Source: Gammaproteobacteria bacterium (GTDB lineage: Bacteria > Pseudomonadota > Gammaproteobacteria > PS1 > Pseudothioglobaceae). From it: a stretch of DNA of 62,662 bases. Positions 11,901-20,233 of the stretch are shown one piece after another. The stretch spans positions 1 to 62,662 of the forward strand of contig JAPYOZ010000001.1 in assembly GCA_029941485.1 (NCBI GenBank), in the 5' to 3' direction. The position numbers and the translations under genes were made by a program. The notes under the pieces are model-generated. The model worked only from the letters and a program-made list of their open reading frames with translations. It was not told the DNA's origin and did not search any database. The first letter of the stretch is position 1. Every line of letters starts with the position of its first letter.

Positions 11901-12175
11901 AATCAACCTTGGTTGAAGCAGAATTTATTAATGGCGATACCGTCATTGCCATTGATCGATTATTTATCGATGATGATGTTTTGTGGATTATTGATTTCAA
12001 AACAGCCTCTTTGTTGGACGATGAATCAGAGGCTCAGTTTATACAACGACAAAAATTTGAACACACCAAGCAACTGCTATTTTATCAAGAGGTACTGTCT
12101 AAAATTTACAACAATGACATTAAATGTGCATTGTATTGCCCTGCAATTAGTCAGTTGATTGAAATAGAGCACTGA
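8996..12175 (+). CDS. UvrD/AddA-type helicase fused to a C-terminal PD-(D/E)XK (RecB-family) nuclease
   Basis: Walker [10 protein letters not shown], motif [12 protein letters not shown]-terminal 'IDRLFIDDD...WIIDFKT' nuclease motif. The start overlaps the argS stop (ATGTGA). Confidence 0.8.
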   Translation: MSDQAQRDKALDVTQSFIVQAPAGSGKTELLTQRYLKLLSVCDEPENVMAMTFTNKAVDELIDRVLSSLKSTENPRPEQTHKQITYGLALKVIERSKKNNWQLLETPQRLKIFTIDGLSSLISGRYPTRSQLVTPRIMTQDWERKKAYHSAAEQTLLMIGDEEHNQAISSLLLYLDNNIEKFYRLTTSMLAKRDQWLTRLYRGDALDPSILRDSASKIIIQHLSCLEKEAKQHINQDFFDLIAVNTKDEYAQIQSLPASSVEDLSVWKMLSSLCLKKDGLWRKSLNKNNGFPPEIKTQKQEFEKILQELSKHKSLTELLGGVNQLPDIDFSKLEIQALEDIAQVLKLCVAQLNLLFDSEQAHDFIEVALRANHTLDEHSNVSDMALFLDYKVQHILIDEFQDTSASQFNLVKKLIHHWQVDDGRTLFLVGDPMQSIYRFRESQVGLFLQVKAVGIASIAPKSLKLTTNFRSSKSIVERNNVFFKKIFPNEEDIYQGAIGYSSSISNSDLTNDQAIVFHPFTHSQYQAEADLVLEIINDSLSKNPKGEIAILVRGRSHLSDIVDVLKAHSIDFESIKTTALKDHILTRGLLSLTKALLHLGDKLAWLSVLRAPWCGLLLEDLLVFSKLDDCIIYEQLSSQKVLDQLTKDGQKRAKHIAQSLKGAIDNQVRFNFVEILTHAIDQLGISQSLSLQEVMIKDQFLQIIFDCESQQLLNIETIEAILEDLYAPSKTAQVKLMTIHESKGLEFDTVIIPGLGRKPRSDDAPIIRMKEFSNQSLLLAPIKSFTASDDSNTYNYLKFVDSQQNKFETMRLLYVAMTRAKNNLHLLGALTKGNKANAKSLLDMLMQFYEGHFDDVDADNAQDTTKNIDTPKLERFVHLKSVLQNKVDQGESVEYNKNFEILFKSLLGTLVHQYYEQEVFNPDRKSIEIKLIEIGVSPTDVDQYVRHVLKLLNNTKQDSQFEWLFKQRESTLVEAEFINGDTVIAIDRLFIDDDVLWIIDFKTASLLDDESEAQFIQRQKFEHTKQLLFYQEVLSKIYNNDIKCALYCPAISQLIEIEH

Positions 12176-12722
12176 TCATAGCCACTGCATCACAGCCTGC
12201 ATCAAAAGCTTGATGTTGATTGTTAAAATCAATACCGCCAATCCCTACAATAGGAATGTTTAATTTTTGTTTCGCCTTAATGATGAGATCTAATGGACAA
12301 AGTGGCGCATTAGGTTTCGTAGTTGATGGGAAAAGAGAACCAAACGCCACGTAATTTGCGCCTTGCTTTTGCGCCTGTTTGGCCAAATCAATATCATCGT
12401 AACAAGACACACCAATAATGGCTTGATTTCCTAATTGTTTGCGAGCTTGTTCTACGGATGAGTCGTTTTTCCCAAGATGTACGCCATCGGCGCTGATTTT
12501 TTGTGCTAGGTTGACATCATCATTGATGATAAATAAAGTATTATGTCTTAAACACAGTTGACGTAGTTTGTTTGCTTCGTCTATTTTTATGTCTTCATTA
12601 GCGTTTTTATGACGATATTGGAGAATGCTGATTTTGTATTGATTAAAAACTTGATCAATGGAGTTGAGTTCAAGTTTTTGATTAGGGGTTATGGCATAGA
12701 TGCCACTAATTTTGTTATTCAC
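12147..12722 (-). CDS. thiE: thiamine-phosphate synthase
   Basis: ThiE-like sequence throughout, with an apparent GTG start. The 3' end overlaps the convergent helicase gene by 29 nt. Confidence 0.88.
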   Translation of the reverse strand: MNNKISGIYAITPNQKLELNSIDQVFNQYKISILQYRHKNANEDIKIDEANKLRQLCLRHNTLFIINDDVNLAQKISADGVHLGKNDSSVEQARKQLGNQAIIGVSCYDDIDLAKQAQKQGANYVAFGSLFPSTTKPNAPLCPLDLIIKAKQKLNIPIVGIGGIDFNNQHQAFDAGCDAVAMISALFQSTD

Positions 12723-12723
12723 T

Positions 12724-13683
12724 ATGGTAAATTTTCAACTAAAGCACAATCTGTTAATCACAATTTTCATTATAGCGATTATCTTTGCTATGTGGCTTTT
12801 GATGAAGGCATTGTCGTATTCATTCAGTGAACTGCAAAAAAATACCGATCCAGTGTTGACGCAGAATGAAGAAGTATCAAAAGAAGTTTCCTATATGGAA
12901 AAAATTGATAATTTTGCCTTGCAAGAGTTTGGTATGGATAATCAACTTTCACGTTTTGTGAAGGCAAAAAATTATTTTCATTTTAAAAATTCACCTGCAT
13001 TATTACTTGAACCGGAAGTTACCACGTACGATGTAAAGGGCAATAAAGATTATGTACTGACTGCGGAACGTGCTGATTATTTAGACAGTGGTGAGATCAA
13101 GTTTAAAGGTAAGGTAAACATACGTTCTGGGTCTGGAATAACGCATAAAATGAAAACCAGAGAGCTATTGGTCAGCACCAAAACAGACGATTTAATTAGT
13201 AATAAAAAAGTAACGTATTTAGGCGAGAATTTGAAGATTGTATCTCAAGGTATGCACATGCAAACCAAAGAAGATAAAATGAAATTAACTGGAAAAGCAG
13301 TTATTAAGCAAGATAGTGGCCAAAAAATAGTAACGAAAAATATTTATATTGATCAATCGAATGGACAAAAGCATTATTATTCAAAATACGACACGACTTA
13401 TCTAGCGCAAGAGGACACAATCTATTCTAAAGGCATGGATTTAGACATGCAAAAAGAAATAATGCAGTTGTTAGGAAAAGTGAAAATCTTGCAAAATTCA
13501 GGCACTAAGATCGATACTCAAGACTTAACGGTTGACCAGTCAAACGATGGTGACGTGTATCGAACTAAAGAAAAAATACATTATCAATCTAAGCTCGCCG
13601 ATATTCGCGCAATCGGTATGCATTACGATACTAAAAAGAGAAAAATCAAATTAACCGGTGGCGTGATAGGTAGCTATGAATAA
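12724..13683 (+). CDS. lptC: LptC-like LPS export protein with an extended repeat-containing C-terminus
   Basis: N-terminal TM anchor, OstA/LptC-like beta-rich body, directly upstream of and overlapping lptA. The start could instead be 12700. Confidence 0.7.
   Translation: MVNFQLKHNLLITIFIIAIIFAMWLLMKALSYSFSELQKNTDPVLTQNEEVSKEVSYMEKIDNFALQEFGMDNQLSRFVKAKNYFHFKNSPALLLEPEVTTYDVKGNKDYVLTAERADYLDSGEIKFKGKVNIRSGSGITHKMKTRELLVSTKTDDLISNKKVTYLGENLKIVSQGMHMQTKEDKMKLTGKAVIKQDSGQKIVTKNIYIDQSNGQKHYYSKYDTTYLAQEDTIYSKGMDLDMQKEIMQLLGKVKILQNSGTKIDTQDLTVDQSNDGDVYRTKEKIHYQSKLADIRAIGMHYDTKKRKIKLTGGVIGSYE
13249..13680 (+). repeat. three in-frame 61-residue repeats inside lptC (third one partial)
   Basis: GMHMQTKEDKMKLTGKAVIKQDSGQKIVTKNIYIDQSNGQ / GMDLDMQKEIMQLLGKVKILQNSGTKIDTQDLTVDQSNDG / GMHYDTKKRKIKLTGGVIGSYE, starting at aa 184, 245 and 306 of the 12700-numbered ORF. 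Confidence 0.85.
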
Positions 13684-14161
13684 GGTTTATCCGTTGTTAA
13701 TGTGTTTAATGGCTAACAATGTTTTTGCATTGCCACAAGATGCAAGTGAGCCCATTAAAGTAAAAGCACACACAGTGATGATTGATGAGCTTAACGGTTT
13801 AAGCACTTACACAGGTAAAGCGCAAGTTAAACAAGGTTCTTTGATGCTGAATGCTGAAAAGATAAAGCTATTCAGTAATCAGACAGAAGTGATCAAAGTG
13901 ATCGCTATAGGCACCAATAAAAAACTCGCTCACTACAAGCAGAATCAACCCAATCAACCGCGTTTTGTTGAAGCAACAGCACTTAATATTACTTATTTAA
14001 TTAAGAAAGAGTTTGTGCATTTAAAGGGTAAGGCGCGTTTTGTGCAGGGGTTTGACTCGTTTAGTGGTGGTACGTTGGATTATGACATTGCTAATGATAA
14101 AGTCATTGCTAAAAAATCAAAAGATGGCACACAAAGGGTAAAGTTTAAGATCAAATTATAG
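13676..14161 (+). CDS. lptA: LPS export periplasmic protein LptA
   Basis: Signal peptide, OstA-like domain, position after lptC. Confidence 0.85.
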   Translation: MNKVYPLLMCLMANNVFALPQDASEPIKVKAHTVMIDELNGLSTYTGKAQVKQGSLMLNAEKIKLFSNQTEVIKVIAIGTNKKLAHYKQNQPNQPRFVEATALNITYLIKKEFVHLKGKARFVQGFDSFSGGTLDYDIANDKVIAKKSKDGTQRVKFKIKL

Positions 14162-14433
14162 TGAAAGCAATCACAGCCATAATTCATGGGAAAGTACAAG
14201 GCGTGTGGTTTCGTGGCTCTACTCAGAAAAAAGCAAATGAGTTAGGCATTACTGGCTGGATTAAGAACACTTCAAGAGGCAGTGTTGAGCTCGAAGCACA
14301 CGGTGAAAAAATTCAGTTAGATGTTTTTATTGACTGGCTGTCTGAAGGCCCTATGTATAGTCGGGTAGAGCAAGTGAATGTGAATTGGATAGAACCAAGT
14401 GTTCAATTTTCTGCATTCAGTGTCAAATATTAA
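14161..14433 (+). CDS. acylphosphatase
   Basis: 90 aa with 'GKVQGVWFRGSTQKKANELGITGWIKN' matching the acylphosphatase signature. The GTG start overlaps the lptA stop. Confidence 0.88.
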   Translation: MKAITAIIHGKVQGVWFRGSTQKKANELGITGWIKNTSRGSVELEAHGEKIQLDVFIDWLSEGPMYSRVEQVNVNWIEPSVQFSAFSVKY

Positions 14434-14525
14434 GCAATTATTTTTAAGGCAACTTATTGCCACCTTACCTTCAACAATGTAGAATACAAAACTCATTCGT
14501 TTTAAAAAAACACGGAGAAAACATT

Positions 14526-14972
14526 ATGCAAGTTCAAGAAATTATGTCCACCAATGTAAAAACAGTTGGGCCGGATGACTTGGTTAAAGACATCGCCATC
14601 TTAATGGTGATGGATCACATCAGCGGTGCACCAGTGGTTGATGATGGCAACAACTTGGTTGGCATCATATCTGAAAAGGACATTCTTCAACATATGTTCC
14701 CTAAACTCGACGAAGTCATGAGCGACACTTACTTTGATTTTGAAAACATGGAACACAACTACAAGGACACCATGAACGTCAAAATCAAAGAACTGATGAC
14801 CAAAGAGGTAGCCAGTATTGATTTAGACATGCCTTGTTTAAAAGCAGCCTCTACCATGTGGCTTAGAAGGTTTAGAAGAATTCCCGTTACCCATAAAGGT
14901 AAGTTAGTAGGCATTGTCAGTATTGGTGATGTGCACAGAGCTATTTTTAAATCGTGTATGAGCGGAGATTGA
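14526..14972 (+). CDS. CBS-domain pair protein
   Basis: Two CBS motifs (MSTNVKTVGPDD..., MTKEVASIDLD...). I prefer the ATG at 14526 over the upstream alternative start. Confidence 0.8.
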   Translation: MQVQEIMSTNVKTVGPDDLVKDIAILMVMDHISGAPVVDDGNNLVGIISEKDILQHMFPKLDEVMSDTYFDFENMEHNYKDTMNVKIKELMTKEVASIDLDMPCLKAASTMWLRRFRRIPVTHKGKLVGIVSIGDVHRAIFKSCMSGD

Positions 14973-15052
14973 TTTTTAATTGAATTAAAAGCACCTCACT
15001 ATAGTTCGTTCATTTATTCATAAAGTTTTTTTTGACCTAATTCTCCCCATTG

Positions 15053-15068
15053 TATCCCTAAGGGGATA
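15053..15068. promoter_or_regulatory. perfect inverted repeat TATCCC-TAAG-GGGATA upstream of sat
   Basis: Read directly. GC-rich dyad in an AT-rich intergenic region, about 50 nt upstream of a TATAAT hexamer. Confidence 0.5.
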
Positions 15069-15113
15069 TATTACAATATTACCATAAAATAATACGTTAA
15101 AAATGACCGTAGG

Positions 15114-15119
15114 TATAAT
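15114..15119 (+). promoter_or_regulatory. candidate -10 hexamer (TATAAT) for sat
   Basis: Consensus TATAAT 31 nt before the sat ATG. No convincing -35. Confidence 0.45.
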
Positions 15120-15149
15120 TTCGCCTTTTAAATTAATATAGGATTATCC

Positions 15150-16358
15150 ATGTCAAAATTAGTCCCACCACACGGTAGCGACACACTTAACCCGCTTGCA
15201 CTAGAAGGCGATGCATTAGTGGCTGAATTAGCAAGAGCAGAATCATTGCCAAAAATTACTTGTTCTTCTAGAGAAGAAGGTGATGTTGTGATGTTAGGCA
15301 TTGGCGGTTTTAATCCATTAGAAGGCTTTATGAATAAAGCTGACTGGCAAGGTATTTGTGACAACATGACTATGGAAAATGGCTTATTCTGGCCAATTCC
15401 TGTTACTTTATCAACAGACGATGAAGACGTAAAAGCAGGTGATGAAATAGCAATCGTGAGCGGTAAATCTGGCGACATTATTGCAACAATGAATATTACC
15501 GAGAAATACACAATTGACAAGGATCATGAGTGTGAAACGGTTTACAAAACAACTGAAGATGCGCATCCAGGCGTAGTAATGGTAAAGGCTCAAGGTAAAT
15601 ACAATCTTGCAGGTTCTATCAAGGTGTTATCTGACGGCGGTTTCCCTGCGAAGTACGATGATTTGTACATGACGCCATCTGAAACACGTGCATACTTTGA
15701 TGAAAAAGGCTGGAAGACAGTTGCTGCATTCCAAACACGTAACCCAATGCACCGTTCGCATGAATACTTAGCCAAGATTGCAGTAGAAATTTGTGATGGC
15801 GTTATGATTCATTCAGTATTAGGTGGACTTAAGGCAGGAGATATTCCCGCCGATGTTCGTTCAGAGGCTATTTCTACCTTGATCGATAACTACTTTGTAA
15901 AAGGCACAATCCTACAATCTGGCTATCCACTAGACATGCGTTATGCCGGTCCTCGTGAAGCGTTACTGCATGCATTATTCAGACAAAACTATGGCTGTTC
16001 ACACCTAATTGTTGGCCGTGACCATGCTGGTGTTGATGACTATTATGGCCCTTTTGACGCACACAACATTTTCGATGAAATTGCTGACGATGCATTGGTA
16101 ACACAACCGCTTAAAATTGATTGGACGTTCTGGTGTCATGAGTGTGGTGGCATGTCTTCAATGAAGACTTGTCCACACGAAGCAAAAGATCGTGTTTTAT
16201 TGTCAGGCACTAAAGTTCGTAAGATGTTATCTGATGGCGAAGATCTTCCTGAGGAATTTAGTCGTCCAGAAGTTGCCAAAGTGCTACAGGCATACTATGC
16301 AACGATCAAAGAAGAAGACAAGGTTGAAATTAAGTTGAGTGGACATTCGGCCAAATAA
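15150..16358 (+). CDS. sat: sulfate adenylyltransferase (ATP sulfurylase, homo-oligomeric type)
   Basis: [13 protein letters not shown] and HxxGRDHAG motifs, about 400 aa, next to the apr genes. Confidence 0.95.
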   Translation: MSKLVPPHGSDTLNPLALEGDALVAELARAESLPKITCSSREEGDVVMLGIGGFNPLEGFMNKADWQGICDNMTMENGLFWPIPVTLSTDDEDVKAGDEIAIVSGKSGDIIATMNITEKYTIDKDHECETVYKTTEDAHPGVVMVKAQGKYNLAGSIKVLSDGGFPAKYDDLYMTPSETRAYFDEKGWKTVAAFQTRNPMHRSHEYLAKIAVEICDGVMIHSVLGGLKAGDIPADVRSEAISTLIDNYFVKGTILQSGYPLDMRYAGPREALLHALFRQNYGCSHLIVGRDHAGVDDYYGPFDAHNIFDEIADDALVTQPLKIDWTFWCHECGGMSSMKTCPHEAKDRVLLSGTKVRKMLSDGEDLPEEFSRPEVAKVLQAYYATIKEEDKVEIKLSGHSAK

Positions 16359-16426
16359 CAAAGTTATTTGATTTTTAATTGTAAGGAAAACTTTTAATTA
16401 AGTATAATAATTTGATTTTTAACACG

Positions 16427-16440
16427 TTGACGTGTGTCAA
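16427..16440. promoter_or_regulatory. FNR/CRP-family type dyad TTGAC-GTGT-GTCAA upstream of aprM
   Basis: Perfect TTGAC-N4-GTCAA. It overlaps a second dyad, ACACGT-TG-ACGTGT (16422-16435). Confidence 0.55.
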
Positions 16441-16522
16441 AAATTAGAAGAAAGGACTATCAGAGCGTTAACAAAAGTGTTAATAATTGTAGTTTGTGAC
16501 TAATTACCCTAAGGAGGAAAAG

Positions 16523-17347
16523 ATGGATATCACTAAAACACCGATTGCTGATCTCTCAGCAACTATTTCATACGAAACGATGCAAGTATTCGTAATCGTT
16601 ATGATTGCATTAGTCATTATCATGACAGTTGTTGATATGATTCATAAGAAAAGTGCAAAATTTTTCTATGCAAATGCAGAAAAATCGAAAGCAAACGCAA
16701 CCAAAGAGTTAAGTACTGGAGACAAGGTTGGGATTGCGGTATCTACAGTTGTAGAAGATGTGGTTTTATCAGGTGAGTTTTGTAATTTCAAGCGTAGACT
16801 TGCACACCTCCTTACGATGTATGGTTTTATTTTATTTAACGCTATGACAGCCATCATCATTTTCGGTGGCGCTGAAGCAGCAGCAAATTCTTTGTTTGCT
16901 ACATTATGGCATTTAGGTGCAGTTATGCTTGCAGCCGGTGGCTGGTGGTTCTGGTTGTTTATCAGAGTTGATGTGGCAGCTGAAGGCAACAAATGGTACA
17001 ACATTTCTACAATGGACATGTTCAGTATTTCATTAATTGCAACTTCTACGTTCGCACTAATTTGGTCTTACGTTGGTGGCGGTACAGGCGCAACGTTTAT
17101 CCTGTTTATTCTATCTGCAGTTTCATTATTTGGTGGCGTATTGTGGTCTAAGTTTGCTCACATGTTCTTCAAGCCATTTGCAGCGTACGATAAGCGTACA
17201 ACTAAAGCGGACGGTTCAGCGATGAACTTGCCAACAATTACTAGAGATGATCCTGAGCAACGCGCAAGACACTCTATGGAACTACTGGTAGATGCCCCTA
17301 TGGACATGGGTCTTGGTATTAAGCGCGAAGCGCCTAAGCACTACTAA
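16523..17347 (+). CDS. aprM: adenylylsulfate reductase membrane anchor AprM
   Basis: Polytopic membrane protein directly upstream of aprBA. Strong RBS AAGGAGG 5 nt before the ATG at 16523. Confidence 0.85.
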   Translation: MDITKTPIADLSATISYETMQVFVIVMIALVIIMTVVDMIHKKSAKFFYANAEKSKANATKELSTGDKVGIAVSTVVEDVVLSGEFCNFKRRLAHLLTMYGFILFNAMTAIIIFGGAEAAANSLFATLWHLGAVMLAAGGWWFWLFIRVDVAAEGNKWYNISTMDMFSISLIATSTFALIWSYVGGGTGATFILFILSAVSLFGGVLWSKFAHMFFKPFAAYDKRTTKADGSAMNLPTITRDDPEQRARHSMELLVDAPMDMGLGIKREAPKHY

Positions 17348-17389
17348 TATTAACATTAATTAACTAATTTAAGAAGAGAGGAAAATAAT

Positions 17390-17869
17390 ATGCCAACTTT
17401 TGTATATATGACTCGTTGTGATGGTTGTGGACATTGTGTAGATATCTGCCCATCCGACATTATGCACATCGATAAGAAATATCGTCGTGCTTTGAATATT
17501 GAACCTAATATGTGTTGGGAGTGTTACTCATGTGTTAAAGCCTGCCCACAAAACGCGATTGACGTACGTGGTTACGCAGACTTCGCACCATTAGGACATA
17601 GTGTTCGTGTAATTCGTGATGAAGAAAAAGGCACGATTGCATGGAAAGTTAAATTTAGAGACGGTCGTGAGAAGAATTTCTTATCACCGATCACTACTAA
17701 GCCATGGGGCTCAGCGATTCCTGACTTCAGAAACGAAGCAGAGCCTAGCCAAGAAATGCGTGACAGTGAATTGTTATCATTTGAGCCAGAGTCAATTCGT
17801 TTAGACGACGGTGGCTTACATACGTTAGAGTCTAACGGTTTGAAACTTAAAGAAGGAGTGTACTACTAA
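17390..17869 (+). CDS. aprB: adenylylsulfate reductase beta subunit
   Basis: Two ferredoxin-type Cys clusters (CDGCGHCVDICP, CWECYSCVKACP) and an AprB-type C-terminal tail. Confidence 0.95.
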   Translation: MPTFVYMTRCDGCGHCVDICPSDIMHIDKKYRRALNIEPNMCWECYSCVKACPQNAIDVRGYADFAPLGHSVRVIRDEEKGTIAWKVKFRDGREKNFLSPITTKPWGSAIPDFRNEAEPSQEMRDSELLSFEPESIRLDDGGLHTLESNGLKLKEGVYY

Positions 17870-19764
17870 TGAAAACAATTGTTGAAGATAATATTGATAT
17901 CCTAGTTGTTGGTGCTGGTTTAGGTGGTACAGGTGCTGCTTATGAAGCAAGATACTGGGGTCGTGATAAGAAGGTTGTAATTGCTGAGAAAGCAAACATC
18001 GATCGTTCTGGTGCGGTTGCTCAAGGTCTATACGCAATTAACTGTTACATGGGTACCCGTTGGGGCGAAAACAATCCTGAAGATCACGTACGTTATGCAC
18101 GTATGGACTTGATGGGTATGGTTCGTGAAGACTTAGCCTTTGATATGGCTCGTCACGTTGACTCTGCGGTACACAAATTTGAAGAATGGGGCCTTCCATT
18201 AATGAAGGATCCTAAGAGAGCAGACTTGCCTGAAGGTGATATTGGTAAAGGTGCTTACATGCGTGAAGGTCGTTGGCAGATTATGATTCATGGTGAATCT
18301 TATAAGCCTATCGTTGCAGAAGCTGCTAAAGTTAATGCCGATAAAACGTTTAACCGTATTATGGTTACACATCTATTAACAGACGATGCACAAGATAACC
18401 GTATTGCAGGTGCTGTTGGTTTTAACGTACGTACAGGTAACTACCACGTATTTAAATCTAAGACAGTAATTTGTGGTGCAGGTGGTGCATCTAATATCTT
18501 TAAGCCGCGTTCAGTAGGTGAAGGCGCAGGTCGTGTATGGTACGCACCATGGTCTTCAGGTTCGGCTTATGCATTAATGATTGAAGCAGGTGCTAAGATG
18601 ACGCAAATGGAAAACCGTATCGTTCTTGCACGATTCAAAGACGGTTATGGTCCAGTTGGCGCATACTTCTTACACCTTCACACATACACACAAAATGCTT
18701 ATGGTGATGAGTACGAATCTAAGTGGTTCCCAGCACTAGAAAAAATGGTAGGTAAAGCGTATTTAGATACGAAGAACCAGCATTTCTCTCACAAGCCAAT
18801 TCCGACTTGTTTGCGTAACCACGCATTCATTTCTGAAGTAGCTGCTGGTCGTGGCCCAATTCATATGGTTACAGTTGAAGCGTTCCAAGACCCTCATTTA
18901 GAAGAAGTAGGATGGGAAAACTTCCTAGGTATGACTGTTGGTCAAGCGGTATTATGGGCTGCAACAGACATCGATCCTAAGTACATTAACCCTGAATTAA
19001 CAACGTCTGAGCCGTATGTAATGGGTTCACACGCAACAGGTTGTGGTGCATGGTGTTCAGGTCCTAAAGACATTTCAGGTGATATTCCTGAGTACTACTG
19101 GGGCTACAACCGCATGATGACTGTTGATGGTTTATTTGGTGCAGGTGATGCTGTTGGTGGTACACCACACGCATTCTCATCAGGTTCATTCACTGAAGGT
19201 CGTTTATCTGCGAAAGCTGCTTGTAAATACATTGATGATGGTAAAGCGGAAGGTATTAATGTTTCTGAGAAGCAAATTGCTGATCGTAAAGAAGAAATCT
19301 TTAGACCTTTGGAAACTTACACAGTCGGCCGTAACGAAATCGTTGGCGGTACCGTATCTCCAAGCTACATTTTGCCATTCCCTGGTTTACAACGTTTACA
19401 GAAGCTGATGGACGAGTATGCAGGTGGTGTAACAGTACAATACATGACTAACGATAAGCTTCTAAACATGGGTCTACACAAGATCAAGATTCTAGAAGAA
19501 GATTTAGAGAAGATTGGTGCGGAAGATATTCACCAGTTACTACGTGCATGGGAGCTTAAGCACCGTCACCGTACTTCTGAGTGTGTTATTCAACATACTT
19601 TATTCCGTGAGGAGACTCGCTGGCCTGGTTACTACTATCGTGGTGACAAGATGAAGTTAGATGATAAAAACTGGCATGTTTTGACCACTTCTCAACGTAA
19701 TCGTAATACAGGTGAATACACAATGGAGAAACAACCGTTGTATCACTTAATTGACGAGAAGTAA
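17869..19764 (+). CDS. aprA: adenylylsulfate reductase alpha subunit
   Basis: FAD-binding N-terminus DILVVGAGLGGTGAA, AprA-like over the full length, start overlaps the aprB stop. Confidence 0.96.
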   Translation: MKTIVEDNIDILVVGAGLGGTGAAYEARYWGRDKKVVIAEKANIDRSGAVAQGLYAINCYMGTRWGENNPEDHVRYARMDLMGMVREDLAFDMARHVDSAVHKFEEWGLPLMKDPKRADLPEGDIGKGAYMREGRWQIMIHGESYKPIVAEAAKVNADKTFNRIMVTHLLTDDAQDNRIAGAVGFNVRTGNYHVFKSKTVICGAGGASNIFKPRSVGEGAGRVWYAPWSSGSAYALMIEAGAKMTQMENRIVLARFKDGYGPVGAYFLHLHTYTQNAYGDEYESKWFPALEKMVGKAYLDTKNQHFSHKPIPTCLRNHAFISEVAAGRGPIHMVTVEAFQDPHLEEVGWENFLGMTVGQAVLWAATDIDPKYINPELTTSEPYVMGSHATGCGAWCSGPKDISGDIPEYYWGYNRMMTVDGLFGAGDAVGGTPHAFSSGSFTEGRLSAKAACKYIDDGKAEGINVSEKQIADRKEEIFRPLETYTVGRNEIVGGTVSPSYILPFPGLQRLQKLMDEYAGGVTVQYMTNDKLLNMGLHKIKILEEDLEKIGAEDIHQLLRAWELKHRHRTSECVIQHTLFREETRWPGYYYRGDKMKLDDKNWHVLTTSQRNRNTGEYTMEKQPLYHLIDEK

Positions 19765-19774
19765 AAAAACACTT

Positions 19775-19802
19775 AACTAAAGCTTATTAGTAAGCCTTAG
19801 TT
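19775..19802 (+). terminator. stem-loop after aprA (12-bp stem, one mismatch, no U-run)
   Basis: AACTAAAGCTTA-TTAG-TAAGCCTTAGTT. Confidence 0.4.
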
Positions 19803-19810
19803 GAAAATTT

Positions 19811-19843
19811 AAAAAACCAACATAAGCTTATGTTGGTTTTTTT
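19811..19843. terminator. intrinsic terminator hairpin after aprA
   Basis: A6 + 20-nt perfect palindrome CCAACATAAGCTTATGTTGG + T7. Confidence 0.8.
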
Positions 19844-19867
19844 ACTTCTTAAAATGGAGAATATAAT

Positions 19868-20218
19868 ATGGACATTCTTGAAAAGTCTGACAAAGAACTA
19901 TTAGACATCGCACGTCCAATGTGGGACGATCTTGTTAAGTTTTCTAACAATGCAAATTATGGTGCATTCACCAGAAATTTCTCGGAAGAAATGTTGCGTG
20001 GTGCAAATGAAATTGAAATGGGTAAACAGTTTGCTAGAAGCGAGTTGACAAGGAACCTGCATGAAGACGTTGAATTCATGGGCACCATTCGTCGTGAAAA
20101 ACATGTAACTGTTTTATTTAAACAAAGACACAAAAAGAAACCGGGTGAGTGGTTAGGTCGTTTAGTACTTGGTTATGAAGATGATGAAGTTAAAATATTT
20201 GGTGCAACCATTTTCTAA
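19868..20218 (+). CDS. hypothetical protein (116 aa, no Cys)
   Basis: ORF with RBS GGAGA 7 nt upstream, tightly packed with the next two genes. No family recognised. Confidence 0.6.
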   Translation: MDILEKSDKELLDIARPMWDDLVKFSNNANYGAFTRNFSEEMLRGANEIEMGKQFARSELTRNLHEDVEFMGTIRREKHVTVLFKQRHKKKPGEWLGRLVLGYEDDEVKIFGATIF

Positions 20219-20233
20219 CTGATGATAAATAAG

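Noticed and set aside
15128-15520. 130-aa minus-strand ORF
   Set aside because: Antisense shadow of sat. No RBS and no recognisable family.
16503-16512. 'CCCTAAGG' upstream of aprM, shared with the sat-upstream dyad
   Set aside because: Only an 8-mer, it is not palindromic here, and it is explained by the aprM Shine-Dalgarno sequence (AAGGAGG).
16666-17019. 117-aa minus-strand ORF
   Set aside because: Antisense shadow of aprM.
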